A DNA stretch of 64,000 nt from an uncultured bacterium. GTDB lineage: Bacteria; Bacteroidota; Bacteroidia; Chitinophagales; CAIODY01. The notes under the pieces were generated by a model. The model searched no databases. It saw only the letters and a program-made list of their open reading frames with translations, and was not told the DNA's origin. Where the stretch lies: assembly GCA_903857255.1 (NCBI GenBank), contig CAIODY010000034.1, positions 8,127 to 72,126 of the forward strand, written 5' to 3'. The position numbers were made by a program, and so were the translations under genes. This document shows positions 48,993 through 57,774 of this stretch, piece after piece; within the stretch, counting starts at the first letter, position 1, and each line of letters opens with the position of its first letter.

Positions 48993-49048
48993 AGTTTGCA
49001 AATGAAAATCTAACTCAAAAAATACCTCAAAATATTATTTTCAAACTT

Positions 49049-49056
49049 GTACCTTT
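49049..49056 (+). promoter_or_regulatory. Bacteroidota -7 box (TAnnTTTG) upstream of korA
   Basis: tacctttg lies 66 nt upstream of the korA ATG. No clear -33 TTG. Confidence 0.3.
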
Positions 49057-49122
49057 GCGCCGCAAAAAGTCAAACGACTTTTGTGTTCAATCAACAATCA
49101 ATCAATCGTAAATCAAAAATAG

Positions 49123-50976
49123 ATGAGTGCTACAATCGAAAAATTAAGTGATGTTGTCATAAAATTCGCTGGCGATTCGGGCGATGGAATGCAATTAACA
49201 GGTGGTCAGTTTACCAATGCTGCTGCATTGTATGGCAACGACTTGGCTACTTTCCCCGATTTTCCTGCCGAAATTCGTGCGCCACAAGGCACTATTCCTG
49301 GTGTTTCGGGCTTTCAATTACATTTTAGTTCAAACGAAATTTTTACACCTGGCGATAATTGCGATGTATTAGTTGCCATGAATGCTGCGGCTGTAAAATC
49401 AAATTTATTCAACTTAAAAAAAGGTGGAATTATCATTGTAGATACCAATGGTTTTGATGCAAAAAATTTGCGCTTGGCAAATTATGCCGAAGGCGCAAAT
49501 CCTTTAGAGGATGGCACTTTGGATGGTTATAAACTCTACAAAATTGATGTTACGAAATTAACTCGTGAAGCATTAGCCGACATGGCTGGCTTGGGCATGA
49601 AAGAAAAAGACCGCTCGAAAAATATGTTTGTGTTGGGTTTTTTATATTGGATGTATAATCGCAACATGGATTTTACCATCAATTTCTTGACAGAAAAATT
49701 TGGTAAAAAACCAGAGATTTTAGAATCGAATATAAAAGTGTTGAAAGCTGGTTACAATTATGGCGACACCACTGAAACTTTCATGACACGATATGAAGTG
49801 CCAAAAGCAAAAGTTGAAGCTGGAACTTATCGCAGCATCATGGGTAATCAGGCTGTGGCCATGGGTTTTGTGGCTGCTTCACAAAAAAGTGGCTTACCAT
49901 TATTCTTAGCTTCTTACCCAATCACACCAGCATCAGATATTTTACACGACTTATCAAAATATAAAAACTTTGGCGTACGCACTATGCAATGCGAAGATGA
50001 AATTGCATCTATCTGTGCAGCCATAGGAGCAGCTTACGGCGGAAACTTAGCTATTACAACATCTTCAGGACCTGGCATTGCGTTAAAAGGTGAAGCGATT
50101 GGTTTGGCAGTGATGATGGAATTGCCATTAGTTGTTGTAAATATTCAACGTGGTGGACCTTCTACAGGTTTACCAACTAAAACTGAACAAGCAGATTTAT
50201 TACAAGCATTATATGGTAGAAATGGCGAATGCCCTATGGTAGTGATTTCTACGTCAACACCAAGTGATTGTTTTGAAGTTACAATTGAAGCATGTCGCAT
50301 CGCTTTGCAACACATGGTGCCTGTTATGTTATTGAGCGATGGTTATATTGCCAATGGTGCAGAGCCTTGGAAATTCCCTAAAGCCAGTGATATTGCGCCT
50401 ATCGAAGTAAAATTTAAAACAAAATTGGATGAAGGCGAAACAAAATTTTTGCCTTACAAACGCGATGAAAAATTAGGTCGTCCGTGGGTAACACCTGGAA
50501 CGCCAGAGTTGATGCACCGTTTGGGTGGTTTAGAAAAACAACATGAAACAGGTAATGTAAGCTACGACCCTGAAAATCATGAATTCATGATTAAAATGAG
50601 AGCTGCAAAAGTGGAGAAAGTAGCTGATTATATGCCTTTGCAAAAAATTGAAGTGGGTGCTGAAAAAGGAAAAATATTAGTGTTGGGTTGGGGTTCAACT
50701 TATGGTTCGATTAAATCAACAGTGTTAGATTTGATTGCCGAAGGTTATTCTATCAGCCATGCACACGTTCGCTACATGAATCCGTTGCCAAAAAATTTGG
50801 GTGATGTGTTGAAAAATTTCGAACACGTAATTATTCCTGAAATCAACAGCGGACAATTTATTAAAGTGGTTCGTGATAAATATTTGGTAGATGCAAAAGG
50901 TTATAACAAAACACAAGGAACACCAATTTCAAAAACAGAATTGAAGGAATTTATTAAGACCAATTATAGCAAATAA
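49123..50976 (+). CDS. korA: 2-oxoglutarate/2-oxoacid:ferredoxin oxidoreductase, alpha subunit
   Basis: N-terminus VIKFAGDSGDGMQLTG; 617 aa; followed by the beta subunit. Confidence 0.9.
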   Translation: MSATIEKLSDVVIKFAGDSGDGMQLTGGQFTNAAALYGNDLATFPDFPAEIRAPQGTIPGVSGFQLHFSSNEIFTPGDNCDVLVAMNAAAVKSNLFNLKKGGIIIVDTNGFDAKNLRLANYAEGANPLEDGTLDGYKLYKIDVTKLTREALADMAGLGMKEKDRSKNMFVLGFLYWMYNRNMDFTINFLTEKFGKKPEILESNIKVLKAGYNYGDTTETFMTRYEVPKAKVEAGTYRSIMGNQAVAMGFVAASQKSGLPLFLASYPITPASDILHDLSKYKNFGVRTMQCEDEIASICAAIGAAYGGNLAITTSSGPGIALKGEAIGLAVMMELPLVVVNIQRGGPSTGLPTKTEQADLLQALYGRNGECPMVVISTSTPSDCFEVTIEACRIALQHMVPVMLLSDGYIANGAEPWKFPKASDIAPIEVKFKTKLDEGETKFLPYKRDEKLGRPWVTPGTPELMHRLGGLEKQHETGNVSYDPENHEFMIKMRAAKVEKVADYMPLQKIEVGAEKGKILVLGWGSTYGSIKSTVLDLIAEGYSISHAHVRYMNPLPKNLGDVLKNFEHVIIPEINSGQFIKVVRDKYLVDAKGYNKTQGTPISKTELKEFIKTNYSK

Positions 50977-51022
50977 CAATGAACAAATATCAATTGAAAT
51001 ACAAAATTGCGCCTTAATTGTT

Positions 51023-51052
51023 AATTGATATTTGCTAATTGAAAATTGTAAA
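51023..51052 (+). repeat. Direct repeat, copy 1, flanking the four-helix-bundle insert
   Basis: aattgatatttgctaattgaaaattgtaaa. 29 of 30 bases are identical to 51436-51465, including a 23-bp perfect core. Confidence 0.8.
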
Positions 51053-51054
51053 AG

Positions 51055-51407
51055 ATGGCTAGTGGAAGTGAAAATATTATTTTGCAAAAAACATTTTCTT
51101 TTGCTGTCAGAATTGTAAAGTTGAATTGGTTTTTGATAGAGAAGAAAAAAAGTTTGTGCTTGCCAAACAAGTTTTAAGAAGCGGCACTTCGATTGGTGCT
51201 AATGCCGAAGAAGCCGTTGCAAGCCGCAGTAGAAAAGAGTTTATAGCTAAGTTTGGAATTGTTTATTCAGAAGCTAAAGAAACCAAATATTGGCTACGAC
51301 TTTTAAAAGAAACAGAATTGATTGATGAAAAAATGTTCTTATCACTGCTTGATGATTGCGAAGAAATAATAAAGATTGTTTTCAAAATCATTGAGTCATC
51401 AAAATAA
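51055..51407 (+). pseudogene. Four-helix-bundle protein (23S rRNA intervening-sequence protein family), frameshifted
   Basis: Frame 1 (51055-51177): MASGSENIILQKTFSFAVRIVKLNWFLIEKKK... Then the track ORF (51126-51407): ...EEKKFVLAKQVLRSGTSIGANAEEA...EAKETKYWLRLL. Together they reconstitute the family pattern. The frames switch at the A7 run 51145-51151. Confidence 0.7.
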
Positions 51408-51435
51408 TAAATTAATAACTGATTAGCGGTTTCCA

Positions 51436-51465
51436 AATTGATATTTGCTAATTGAAAAATGTAAA
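51436..51465 (+). repeat. Direct repeat, copy 2, immediately upstream of the korB start
   Basis: aattgatatttgctaattgaaaaatgtaaa. See copy 1. Confidence 0.8.
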
Positions 51466-51470
51466 TTAAC

Positions 51471-52496
51471 ATGAGTGAAGTAATTGAAAAAGCAGCATTA
51501 ACAAGTAAAGATTTTGCCAACGACCAAGATATTCGTTGGTGTCCAGGTTGCGGTGATTATAGTATTTTGAAACAAGTGCAAACCATTTTGCCGCAGGTTG
51601 GGGCATCGTTGGAAAACACCGTGTTTGTAAGCGGAATTGGCTGTAGTAGCCGTTTCCCGTATTACATGAACACCTATGGATTGCACACCATTCATGGTAG
51701 AGCAACTGCTATTGCAAGTGGCTTAAAAGCATCCCGACCTGATTTGGATGTGTGGATTATCAGCGGCGATGGCGATAGTATGAGCATTGGCGCAGGACAC
51801 ACCATTCATTTGTTGCGCAGAAATTTAAACGTGAATTTTTTGATTTTCAATAATCAAATTTATGGTTTAACAAAAGGGCAATATTCGCCAACATCCGAAG
51901 AAAATAAAATTACCAAATCTTCGCCGATGGGTTCTATCGACCATCCATTTAATCCTGCTGCATTGGCTCTGGGAGCCGATTCGAGTTTTGTGGCAAGAAG
52001 TGTGGATAGAGACCCAAAACATTTGCAAGAGATTTTAAAACGAGCACATGCACACAAAGGAACTTCGTTTGTAGAAATTTATCAAAACTGCAACATCTTT
52101 AATGACGGGGCTTTTGAGGTGTTTACCGAAAAAGGAACGAAAAAGATGCACACACTTTTAGTAGAAAATGGCAAGCCATTAATTTTTGGCGACAACAACG
52201 AATTGGGAATAAAATTAGATGGTTTTACACCTAAAATTGTAAACTTAAACGAAGGCAATTCTGCCAATGATTTATGGATACATGATGAATCGGAATTGAT
52301 GAAAGCATCGTTGTTGGTTCGCATGTTCGACGACCCAGCAAAAGAAGGTGCAATGCCTCGACCATTTGGTGTGTTTTATCAAAACGATAGATTGGTGTAT
52401 GAAGATGTAATGCATGCTCAAATTGCTACAGCCATGGCTAAACCTGGCGATTTGGATAAATTAATTGCTGGCAAAGAAACTTGGACAGTGAATTAA
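51471..52496 (+). CDS. korB: 2-oxoglutarate/2-oxoacid:ferredoxin oxidoreductase, beta subunit
   Basis: Motif CPGCGDY and TPP motif SGDGD. Confidence 0.9.
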   Translation: MSEVIEKAALTSKDFANDQDIRWCPGCGDYSILKQVQTILPQVGASLENTVFVSGIGCSSRFPYYMNTYGLHTIHGRATAIASGLKASRPDLDVWIISGDGDSMSIGAGHTIHLLRRNLNVNFLIFNNQIYGLTKGQYSPTSEENKITKSSPMGSIDHPFNPAALALGADSSFVARSVDRDPKHLQEILKRAHAHKGTSFVEIYQNCNIFNDGAFEVFTEKGTKKMHTLLVENGKPLIFGDNNELGIKLDGFTPKIVNLNEGNSANDLWIHDESELMKASLLVRMFDDPAKEGAMPRPFGVFYQNDRLVYEDVMHAQIATAMAKPGDLDKLIAGKETWTVN

Positions 52497-52522
52497 TTTT
52501 TGAAGAAATAATTTCATAAAAA

Positions 52523-52557
52523 ATGCCGAACAAAAAATTTTGTTCGGCATTTTTTTA
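52523..52557 (+). terminator. Rho-independent (bidirectional) terminator between korB and the SPFH gene
   Basis: atgccgaacaaaa (52523-52535) pairs with ttttgttcggcat (52538-52550). It has a T7 run downstream and an A-run upstream. Confidence 0.8.
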
Positions 52558-52572
52558 TTTAGATATACAAAA

Positions 52573-53502
52573 TTATTTCTGCGGCAAATTCACCTTATTC
52601 AATCCCATAATTTGGTTCATAGTTTTTTGCATTCCTTCGGCACTGCCATCTAAGAATATCACATTGCCTTTCCCTAATTCAGCAAAGTTCTTAATGGCTT
52701 CTGTCCACATGCTAAACATGATGACATTGGTATCTAAATTAGCTTGTTTCATTTCTTCGGCGGCTTGACTCATGCCTTTTGCCACCTCTTCACGAAACAA
52801 TGCAACGCCTTGCCCACGAAGTTGTGCAGCTACACGTTCGGCTTCAGCAGCAATTTTTATAGCATTTCCTTCAGCTTCGGCAGCCTTAGTTTTTGTGATT
52901 AATAAAGCTTGTCCTTCGTTTTCAGCAGCGGCTTTCAAATTGTTACTGGCAACCACTTTACTCATACTTGCCATGATGGCTTCATCAAAAGTGATATCAT
53001 TGATTTGTAAATCTTGCAAATGATAACCCCAAGTTTCTAATGTGGCATCAATTTGTTCTTTTACAAACTCAATAATTTCACGGCGTTGAACCAATATTTC
53101 TGCTTGTTTTTTTGTTGCAACAAATGAACGAATACTTCCTTCAACAGTCCTTACCAAAGCCTGCATCAAATCACGGTCGCTGATGAATTTGAAAGCCACA
53201 TTTTTAATGGTTTCTTCAGCAGTATTCAATACTGAATATAATAACATGGATTTGAAATAAACATTTGCTTGGTCAATCGTTACAGCCTGAAACTCCAATT
53301 CCACCGAGCGATTTTGAATACTCACTCGTTTGTAAACTTGTTCAACCAATGGCAGTTTGAAATTCAACCCTGGTGCTAATACTCGGCGAAATTTACCAAA
53401 CATGGTAACTACACCAATTGTACCTTGTTGAATGGAAACAAAACTTCCGAATAGTGCGATAACTATTAATGCTGGAAACCAAATAATTTGAATGAGTTGC
53501 AT
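52573..53502 (-). CDS. SPFH/band-7 (prohibitin-like) membrane protein
   Basis: N-terminal TM segment, SPFH core and an Ala/Glu-rich coiled-coil tail. Confidence 0.85.
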   Translation of the reverse strand: MQLIQIIWFPALIVIALFGSFVSIQQGTIGVVTMFGKFRRVLAPGLNFKLPLVEQVYKRVSIQNRSVELEFQAVTIDQANVYFKSMLLYSVLNTAEETIKNVAFKFISDRDLMQALVRTVEGSIRSFVATKKQAEILVQRREIIEFVKEQIDATLETWGYHLQDLQINDITFDEAIMASMSKVVASNNLKAAAENEGQALLITKTKAAEAEGNAIKIAAEAERVAAQLRGQGVALFREEVAKGMSQAAEEMKQANLDTNVIMFSMWTEAIKNFAELGKGNVIFLDGSAEGMQKTMNQIMGLNKVNLPQK

Positions 53503-53563
53503 AAAAACAATTGTTTGAAATTTATTTTATTGAAAGCAAAGGTATAAGAAACAAGTGGTTAAA

Positions 53564-53593
53564 ATAAAAAAGGTTGATTGAAATTAATCAACC
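53564..53593 (-). terminator. Rho-independent terminator after the Lys-rich repeat gene
   Basis: ggttgatt (53572-53579) pairs with aatcaacc (53586-53593). A T-run follows on the minus strand. Confidence 0.6.
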
Positions 53594-53621
53594 AACCTTT
53601 TAAAATTTTGCTCAACAAAAA

Positions 53622-54113
53622 TTACTTGCTATCAGGAGTGATATAAGATTTGTTACCGTTTTTGTTAATGTAATATTTTCCACCACGAGGACCAGTGTGA
53701 ACTGATTCACCATTTGGACCATGCAATTTAGGGTCAACTGCATCAGTTGTTTTTACAGCCGATTCAGCTTTATCTTTCTTTTCAGAAACTTCTTTTTTAG
53801 TTGTTGCGCCTTTTGCTTCAGCTTTTGCTTTGCCTTCTTTTTTCATCGAAGCCCCTGTTACTTCGGCTTTTTCTTTTTTCTCAGCAACTTCTTTTTTGGC
53901 TGTTGCACCTTTTGTTTCAGCCTTTGCTTTGCCTTCTTTTTTTATTGCTGTGCCTTTTGCTTCAGCTTTTTCTTTTTTCACTTTACCTTCTTTTTTTACC
54001 TCTTTTTTCGCTTCTGTTTTTGCTTTTGTATCAGCTTGAGCAGCAAATGATTGTTGACCGAAAAGTAATACCACAACTATTGCAGCACTTACCAAGAATT
54101 TTACTTGTTTCAT
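53622..54113 (-). CDS. Secreted Lys/Ala/Glu-rich tandem-repeat protein with a C-terminal GPRGG-YY motif
   Basis: Signal peptide MKQVKFLVSAAIVVVLLFGQQSFAAQA (start moved to ATG 54111-54113). Repeats KKEGKAKAE(T/A)KGAT(A/T)KKEV(A/S)EKK(E/D)KAE. Tail HTGPRGGKYYINKNGNKSYI. Confidence 0.6.
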   Translation of the reverse strand: MKQVKFLVSAAIVVVLLFGQQSFAAQADTKAKTEAKKEVKKEGKVKKEKAEAKGTAIKKEGKAKAETKGATAKKEVAEKKEKAEVTGASMKKEGKAKAEAKGATTKKEVSEKKDKAESAVKTTDAVDPKLHGPNGESVHTGPRGGKYYINKNGNKSYITPDSK

Positions 54114-54186
54114 TTTAATTTGTTTGTTTGTTTGGGTATGATTTAGCGAATATCGTGCCAATAATTTTATTAAAGAAGAAATAAAG

Positions 54187-55518
54187 CTATATTTTTTTCA
54201 ACTTCCATCGTCCTGATTTTAAATAAAAAATACTGAGTAATACCAATGATGTCCAATAAAACAATTCACTTGCCCAAGCCCAAGTAAGTGATAGTTGCAG
54301 GCGATTGACAAAGCCAAATACATAAGCACAATACACCAACACCGAAATAAATTCTGCTAATAAATTAAACATGGTATTGCCAGTGCCTTGCACCCCCTGA
54401 AAAACCACAGTTGAAAATGATAAAAATAAAATCGCTACACCCAGCATATACAAAGGCTCAATTGCACCATTAATCAAAACAATTTTATTGGTATAAATAT
54501 GCATAATTGGTTTTGCAAACAGCCATAATAAAATCACAAAAAACAAGCTAATTAAAAAGCTCAACATGCCTGCACTTTTGATAGTTTCAATCACTTCATA
54601 TTTTTTGCCTTCACCAATTTTATTACTCACCAGACTATTACAACTGCTAGCAATTGCCCAACAACTAATGGTGAACAAAAACAAAATGCTTCGCATAATA
54701 TTGGCAATGGCAACTGTTTGTTCGCCCATATTTTCTAACACAATAAAAAATAAATACCAAGCACCAAAACTAAAACTATACTGCAAAACCAATGGTGATG
54801 ATAGTTTGAGCAATTGCTTAAATTTTTCTTTTTCAAATTTTGTTTGAAATGAAAAATTATACTGTCTAAAATAATTGTGTAAAAACAAATTGTATAACAA
54901 CACCGCCAAACCACCCAACTCGGCTATAATACTGGCAATGGCAGCACCATCAGTTTGCAAAGCAGGAAAATGAAAATGCCCGAAAATCAAACTATAATCT
55001 AAAAAAATATTGATAGCAGCAGTCACCAATGTGCTGTAAGTAATCACTTTTGTTCTGCCCAAACCAATATAAAATGCATTGAGTGTGCTGATAAAAACGG
55101 TGAATAAAATCCCCCAACTTCGATATTTTAAAAACGAAATACTTTTATCAAAAACACTTTTTGAGTGAATCACTTTTGCTAAAATTATTTCAGCACCAAA
55201 TTGCAAAACCAGAAATGCAACTACGGCGTAAACACACATGATAACAATGTTGTGCATCGTTAGCGAACCAATTTCGCTGAATCGTTTTTCGCCTAATCTT
55301 CGGGCAACTAATATTTGTGTGCCATTGCTAAAACCCCATGACAATACACTTAGCAACATATAAAACAAACCACCCATTGCGCTTACCCCTAAAGATTCTT
55401 CGCCCAATCTGCCCAAGAAAGCAGTGTTGGTAATCTGAATAATATTTTGCGACACCATTCCAATCATGATTGGAAAAGCAATGAGCAAAATTTGTTTGTA
55501 GGTTTTAAAATTGAACAT
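54187..55518 (-). CDS. MATE-family efflux transporter
   Basis: 443 aa with about 12 TM segments and a typical MATE N-terminus (ILLIAFPIMIGMVSQNIIQITNTAFLGRLG). Confidence 0.85.
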   Translation of the reverse strand: MFNFKTYKQILLIAFPIMIGMVSQNIIQITNTAFLGRLGEESLGVSAMGGLFYMLLSVLSWGFSNGTQILVARRLGEKRFSEIGSLTMHNIVIMCVYAVVAFLVLQFGAEIILAKVIHSKSVFDKSISFLKYRSWGILFTVFISTLNAFYIGLGRTKVITYSTLVTAAINIFLDYSLIFGHFHFPALQTDGAAIASIIAELGGLAVLLYNLFLHNYFRQYNFSFQTKFEKEKFKQLLKLSSPLVLQYSFSFGAWYLFFIVLENMGEQTVAIANIMRSILFLFTISCWAIASSCNSLVSNKIGEGKKYEVIETIKSAGMLSFLISLFFVILLWLFAKPIMHIYTNKIVLINGAIEPLYMLGVAILFLSFSTVVFQGVQGTGNTMFNLLAEFISVLVYCAYVFGFVNRLQLSLTWAWASELFYWTSLVLLSIFYLKSGRWKLKKI

Positions 55519-55618
55519 AAAAATCTAACGGCGAAATTAAACATCTTACCGAACTGTCGGTTATCATCTTCATTTAAACTTCAATTCTCTATATTTGCCG
55601 CCACAAAAAAAATCAGCA

Positions 55619-56776
55619 ATGATAAATTTCGATAACACTGAAATTGCTTTTAAAATAAAAAGTAAAAGTGCTTTGCAAAAAGCCAATTTTTTATTTGGCA
55701 TGATGAATAATCAATCGTTGGTAAAGATAGGAACATCAATGGCGCAAATGGCTCTCAACCTGCATTTGCCAGTAAAAACGTTGATTAAAAAAACAATCTT
55801 CGAACAATTTTGCGGTGGTGAAAGTTTGGAAGAATCGAAAGTGATTGTTGATGAATTGAAGAAATATCAAGTGCAATCTATTTTAGATTATGCCATTGAA
55901 GCGAAAAGTGGAGAAGCCGAATTTGATAACACTTTGAAAGAATTGATGCATGTAGTTGATTATGCAGCATCGGCCAATGTTCCTTTTGTGAGTGTGAAAG
56001 TTACAGGCTTGGCAAGATTTGAATTATTAGAAAAACTGCAAGCCAAACAACCATTAACAACAGATGAACAAGAAGAATTTCGTCGAGTAAAAAATAGAAT
56101 GCTCACACTTTGCCAAAGTGCATTCGATAAAAATATTGCAGTGTTGGTGGATGCTGAAGAAACCTGGATTCAAGACCCAGTGGATGCTTTGGTAAATGCC
56201 ATGATGCTTCAATTTAATAAAACAAAAGCAGTAGTATATAACACGGCACAACTGTATCGTCATGATAGATTGGAGTTTTTGAAAAAATGTATTGCACTTT
56301 CAAAAGAAAATAATTTTATTTTAGGGATGAAATTAGTTCGTGGTGCATACATGGAAAAAGAACGCAAACGTGCAAAGGAAATGGGCTATCCCTCTCCTAT
56401 TCAACCCAATAAAGAAGCGACTGATAAAGATTTCGATTTAGCCGTAGCTGCTTGTTTAGATGCTATTCAGCATGTTGCTTTTTTCTGTGCATCGCACAAT
56501 GAATTATCGCATCAAAAGGCTGTTGAGATAATGCTGCAAAAAAATATTCAGCACCATCATTTAAACATTTATTTTTCGCAATTGTATGGCATGAGCGACC
56601 ACATCACTTTCAACATGGCACAAGGTGGATACAATGCTTGCAAATATTTACCGTTTGGTCCTGTTGGCGATGTGATGCCTTATTTAATTCGCCGAGCACA
56701 AGAGAATACAGCTATTGCAGGGCAAATGAGCCGTGAATTGAAATTGATTAAAAAAGAAATTGAAAGAAGAAAATAA
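55619..56776 (+). CDS. Proline dehydrogenase
   Basis: Monofunctional PRODH pattern (FDNTEIAF..., LVRGAYMEKER, YLIRRAQEN). The start is taken at the first ATG. Confidence 0.85.
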   Translation: MINFDNTEIAFKIKSKSALQKANFLFGMMNNQSLVKIGTSMAQMALNLHLPVKTLIKKTIFEQFCGGESLEESKVIVDELKKYQVQSILDYAIEAKSGEAEFDNTLKELMHVVDYAASANVPFVSVKVTGLARFELLEKLQAKQPLTTDEQEEFRRVKNRMLTLCQSAFDKNIAVLVDAEETWIQDPVDALVNAMMLQFNKTKAVVYNTAQLYRHDRLEFLKKCIALSKENNFILGMKLVRGAYMEKERKRAKEMGYPSPIQPNKEATDKDFDLAVAACLDAIQHVAFFCASHNELSHQKAVEIMLQKNIQHHHLNIYFSQLYGMSDHITFNMAQGGYNACKYLPFGPVGDVMPYLIRRAQENTAIAGQMSRELKLIKKEIERRK

Positions 56777-56783
56777 CTAAAAT

Positions 56784-57758
56784 ATGCAAATCATCCGTCG
56801 CCCACGTATTCTTCGTCAATCGCCAGCTATCAGAGCCATGGTGAGTGAAACCATTTTATCGCCCAACGATTTTATTGTTCCACTTTTTATCAACGAAGGA
56901 AAAAATTATAAAGAAGAAATTTCTTCGATGCCTGGTTATTACCGCATGAGTTTAGACAACATCGAAAAAGAAGTGAAAGAGTTGTGGCGTATGGGTTTGA
57001 AGTGTGTTTTATTATTCATCAAATGCGATGATAAATTAAAAGATAACAAAGGCACTGAAGCATTGAACCCTGATGGATTAATGCAACGCAGCATTAAAGC
57101 CATCAAAAATGTTTGCCCTGAAATGTGTGTGATGACTGATGTTGCACTCGACCCTTTTTCCATTTATGGGCATGATGGCATAGTTGAAAATAATGAAATT
57201 GTAAATGACCCAACTGTAGAAGTATTGGCACAAATGAGTGTATCGCATGCCGCTGCTGGTGCTGATTTCGTAGCACCAAGCGATATGATGGATGGAAGAA
57301 TTTTAGCCATTCGTGAGGCATTGGAAGAAAATAATTTTACCAAAACAGGCATCATGGCTTACAGCGCAAAATATGCTTCTTGTTTTTATGGTCCTTTCCG
57401 TGATGCGTTAGATTCTGCACCTGGTTTCGGTGATAAAAAGTCTTACCAAATGAATCCTGCTAACCGAATTGAAGCAGTGAAAGAAGTGATGATGGATATT
57501 GACGAAGGAGCTGATATTGTCATGGTGAAGCCGGCTTTGAGCTACTTAGATATTATCAGAGAAGTGAAAAATATTTCTGATGTGCCTGTGAGTGCTTATC
57601 ATGTAAGTGGTGAATATAGCATGATTAAAGCCGCCGCCGCCCGTGGTTGGCTGAATGAAGACCAAACCATTTTAGAAACAACACTCTCAATCAAACGTGC
57701 AGGCGCTGATTTAATCGCCAGTTATTTTGCAAAAGATGTGGTGAGATTGTTGGGGTAA
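56784..57758 (+). CDS. hemB: Porphobilinogen synthase
   Basis: RRPRILRQSPAIRAMV; active-site region VMVKPAL. Confidence 0.95.
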   Translation: MQIIRRPRILRQSPAIRAMVSETILSPNDFIVPLFINEGKNYKEEISSMPGYYRMSLDNIEKEVKELWRMGLKCVLLFIKCDDKLKDNKGTEALNPDGLMQRSIKAIKNVCPEMCVMTDVALDPFSIYGHDGIVENNEIVNDPTVEVLAQMSVSHAAAGADFVAPSDMMDGRILAIREALEENNFTKTGIMAYSAKYASCFYGPFRDALDSAPGFGDKKSYQMNPANRIEAVKEVMMDIDEGADIVMVKPALSYLDIIREVKNISDVPVSAYHVSGEYSMIKAAAARGWLNEDQTILETTLSIKRAGADLIASYFAKDVVRLLG

Positions 57759-57774
57759 TTGAACTTTCTATTAT

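Noticed and set aside
52523-52768. 81-aa plus-strand ORF (MPNKKFCSAFF...).
   Set aside because: It begins inside the korB terminator hairpin and otherwise overlaps the 3' end of the SPFH gene on the opposite strand.
53721-54118. Three plus-strand ORFs (69-109 aa) rich in F/L/S/C.
   Set aside because: They are antisense frames of the Lys-rich repeat gene, kept open only by the repeat composition.
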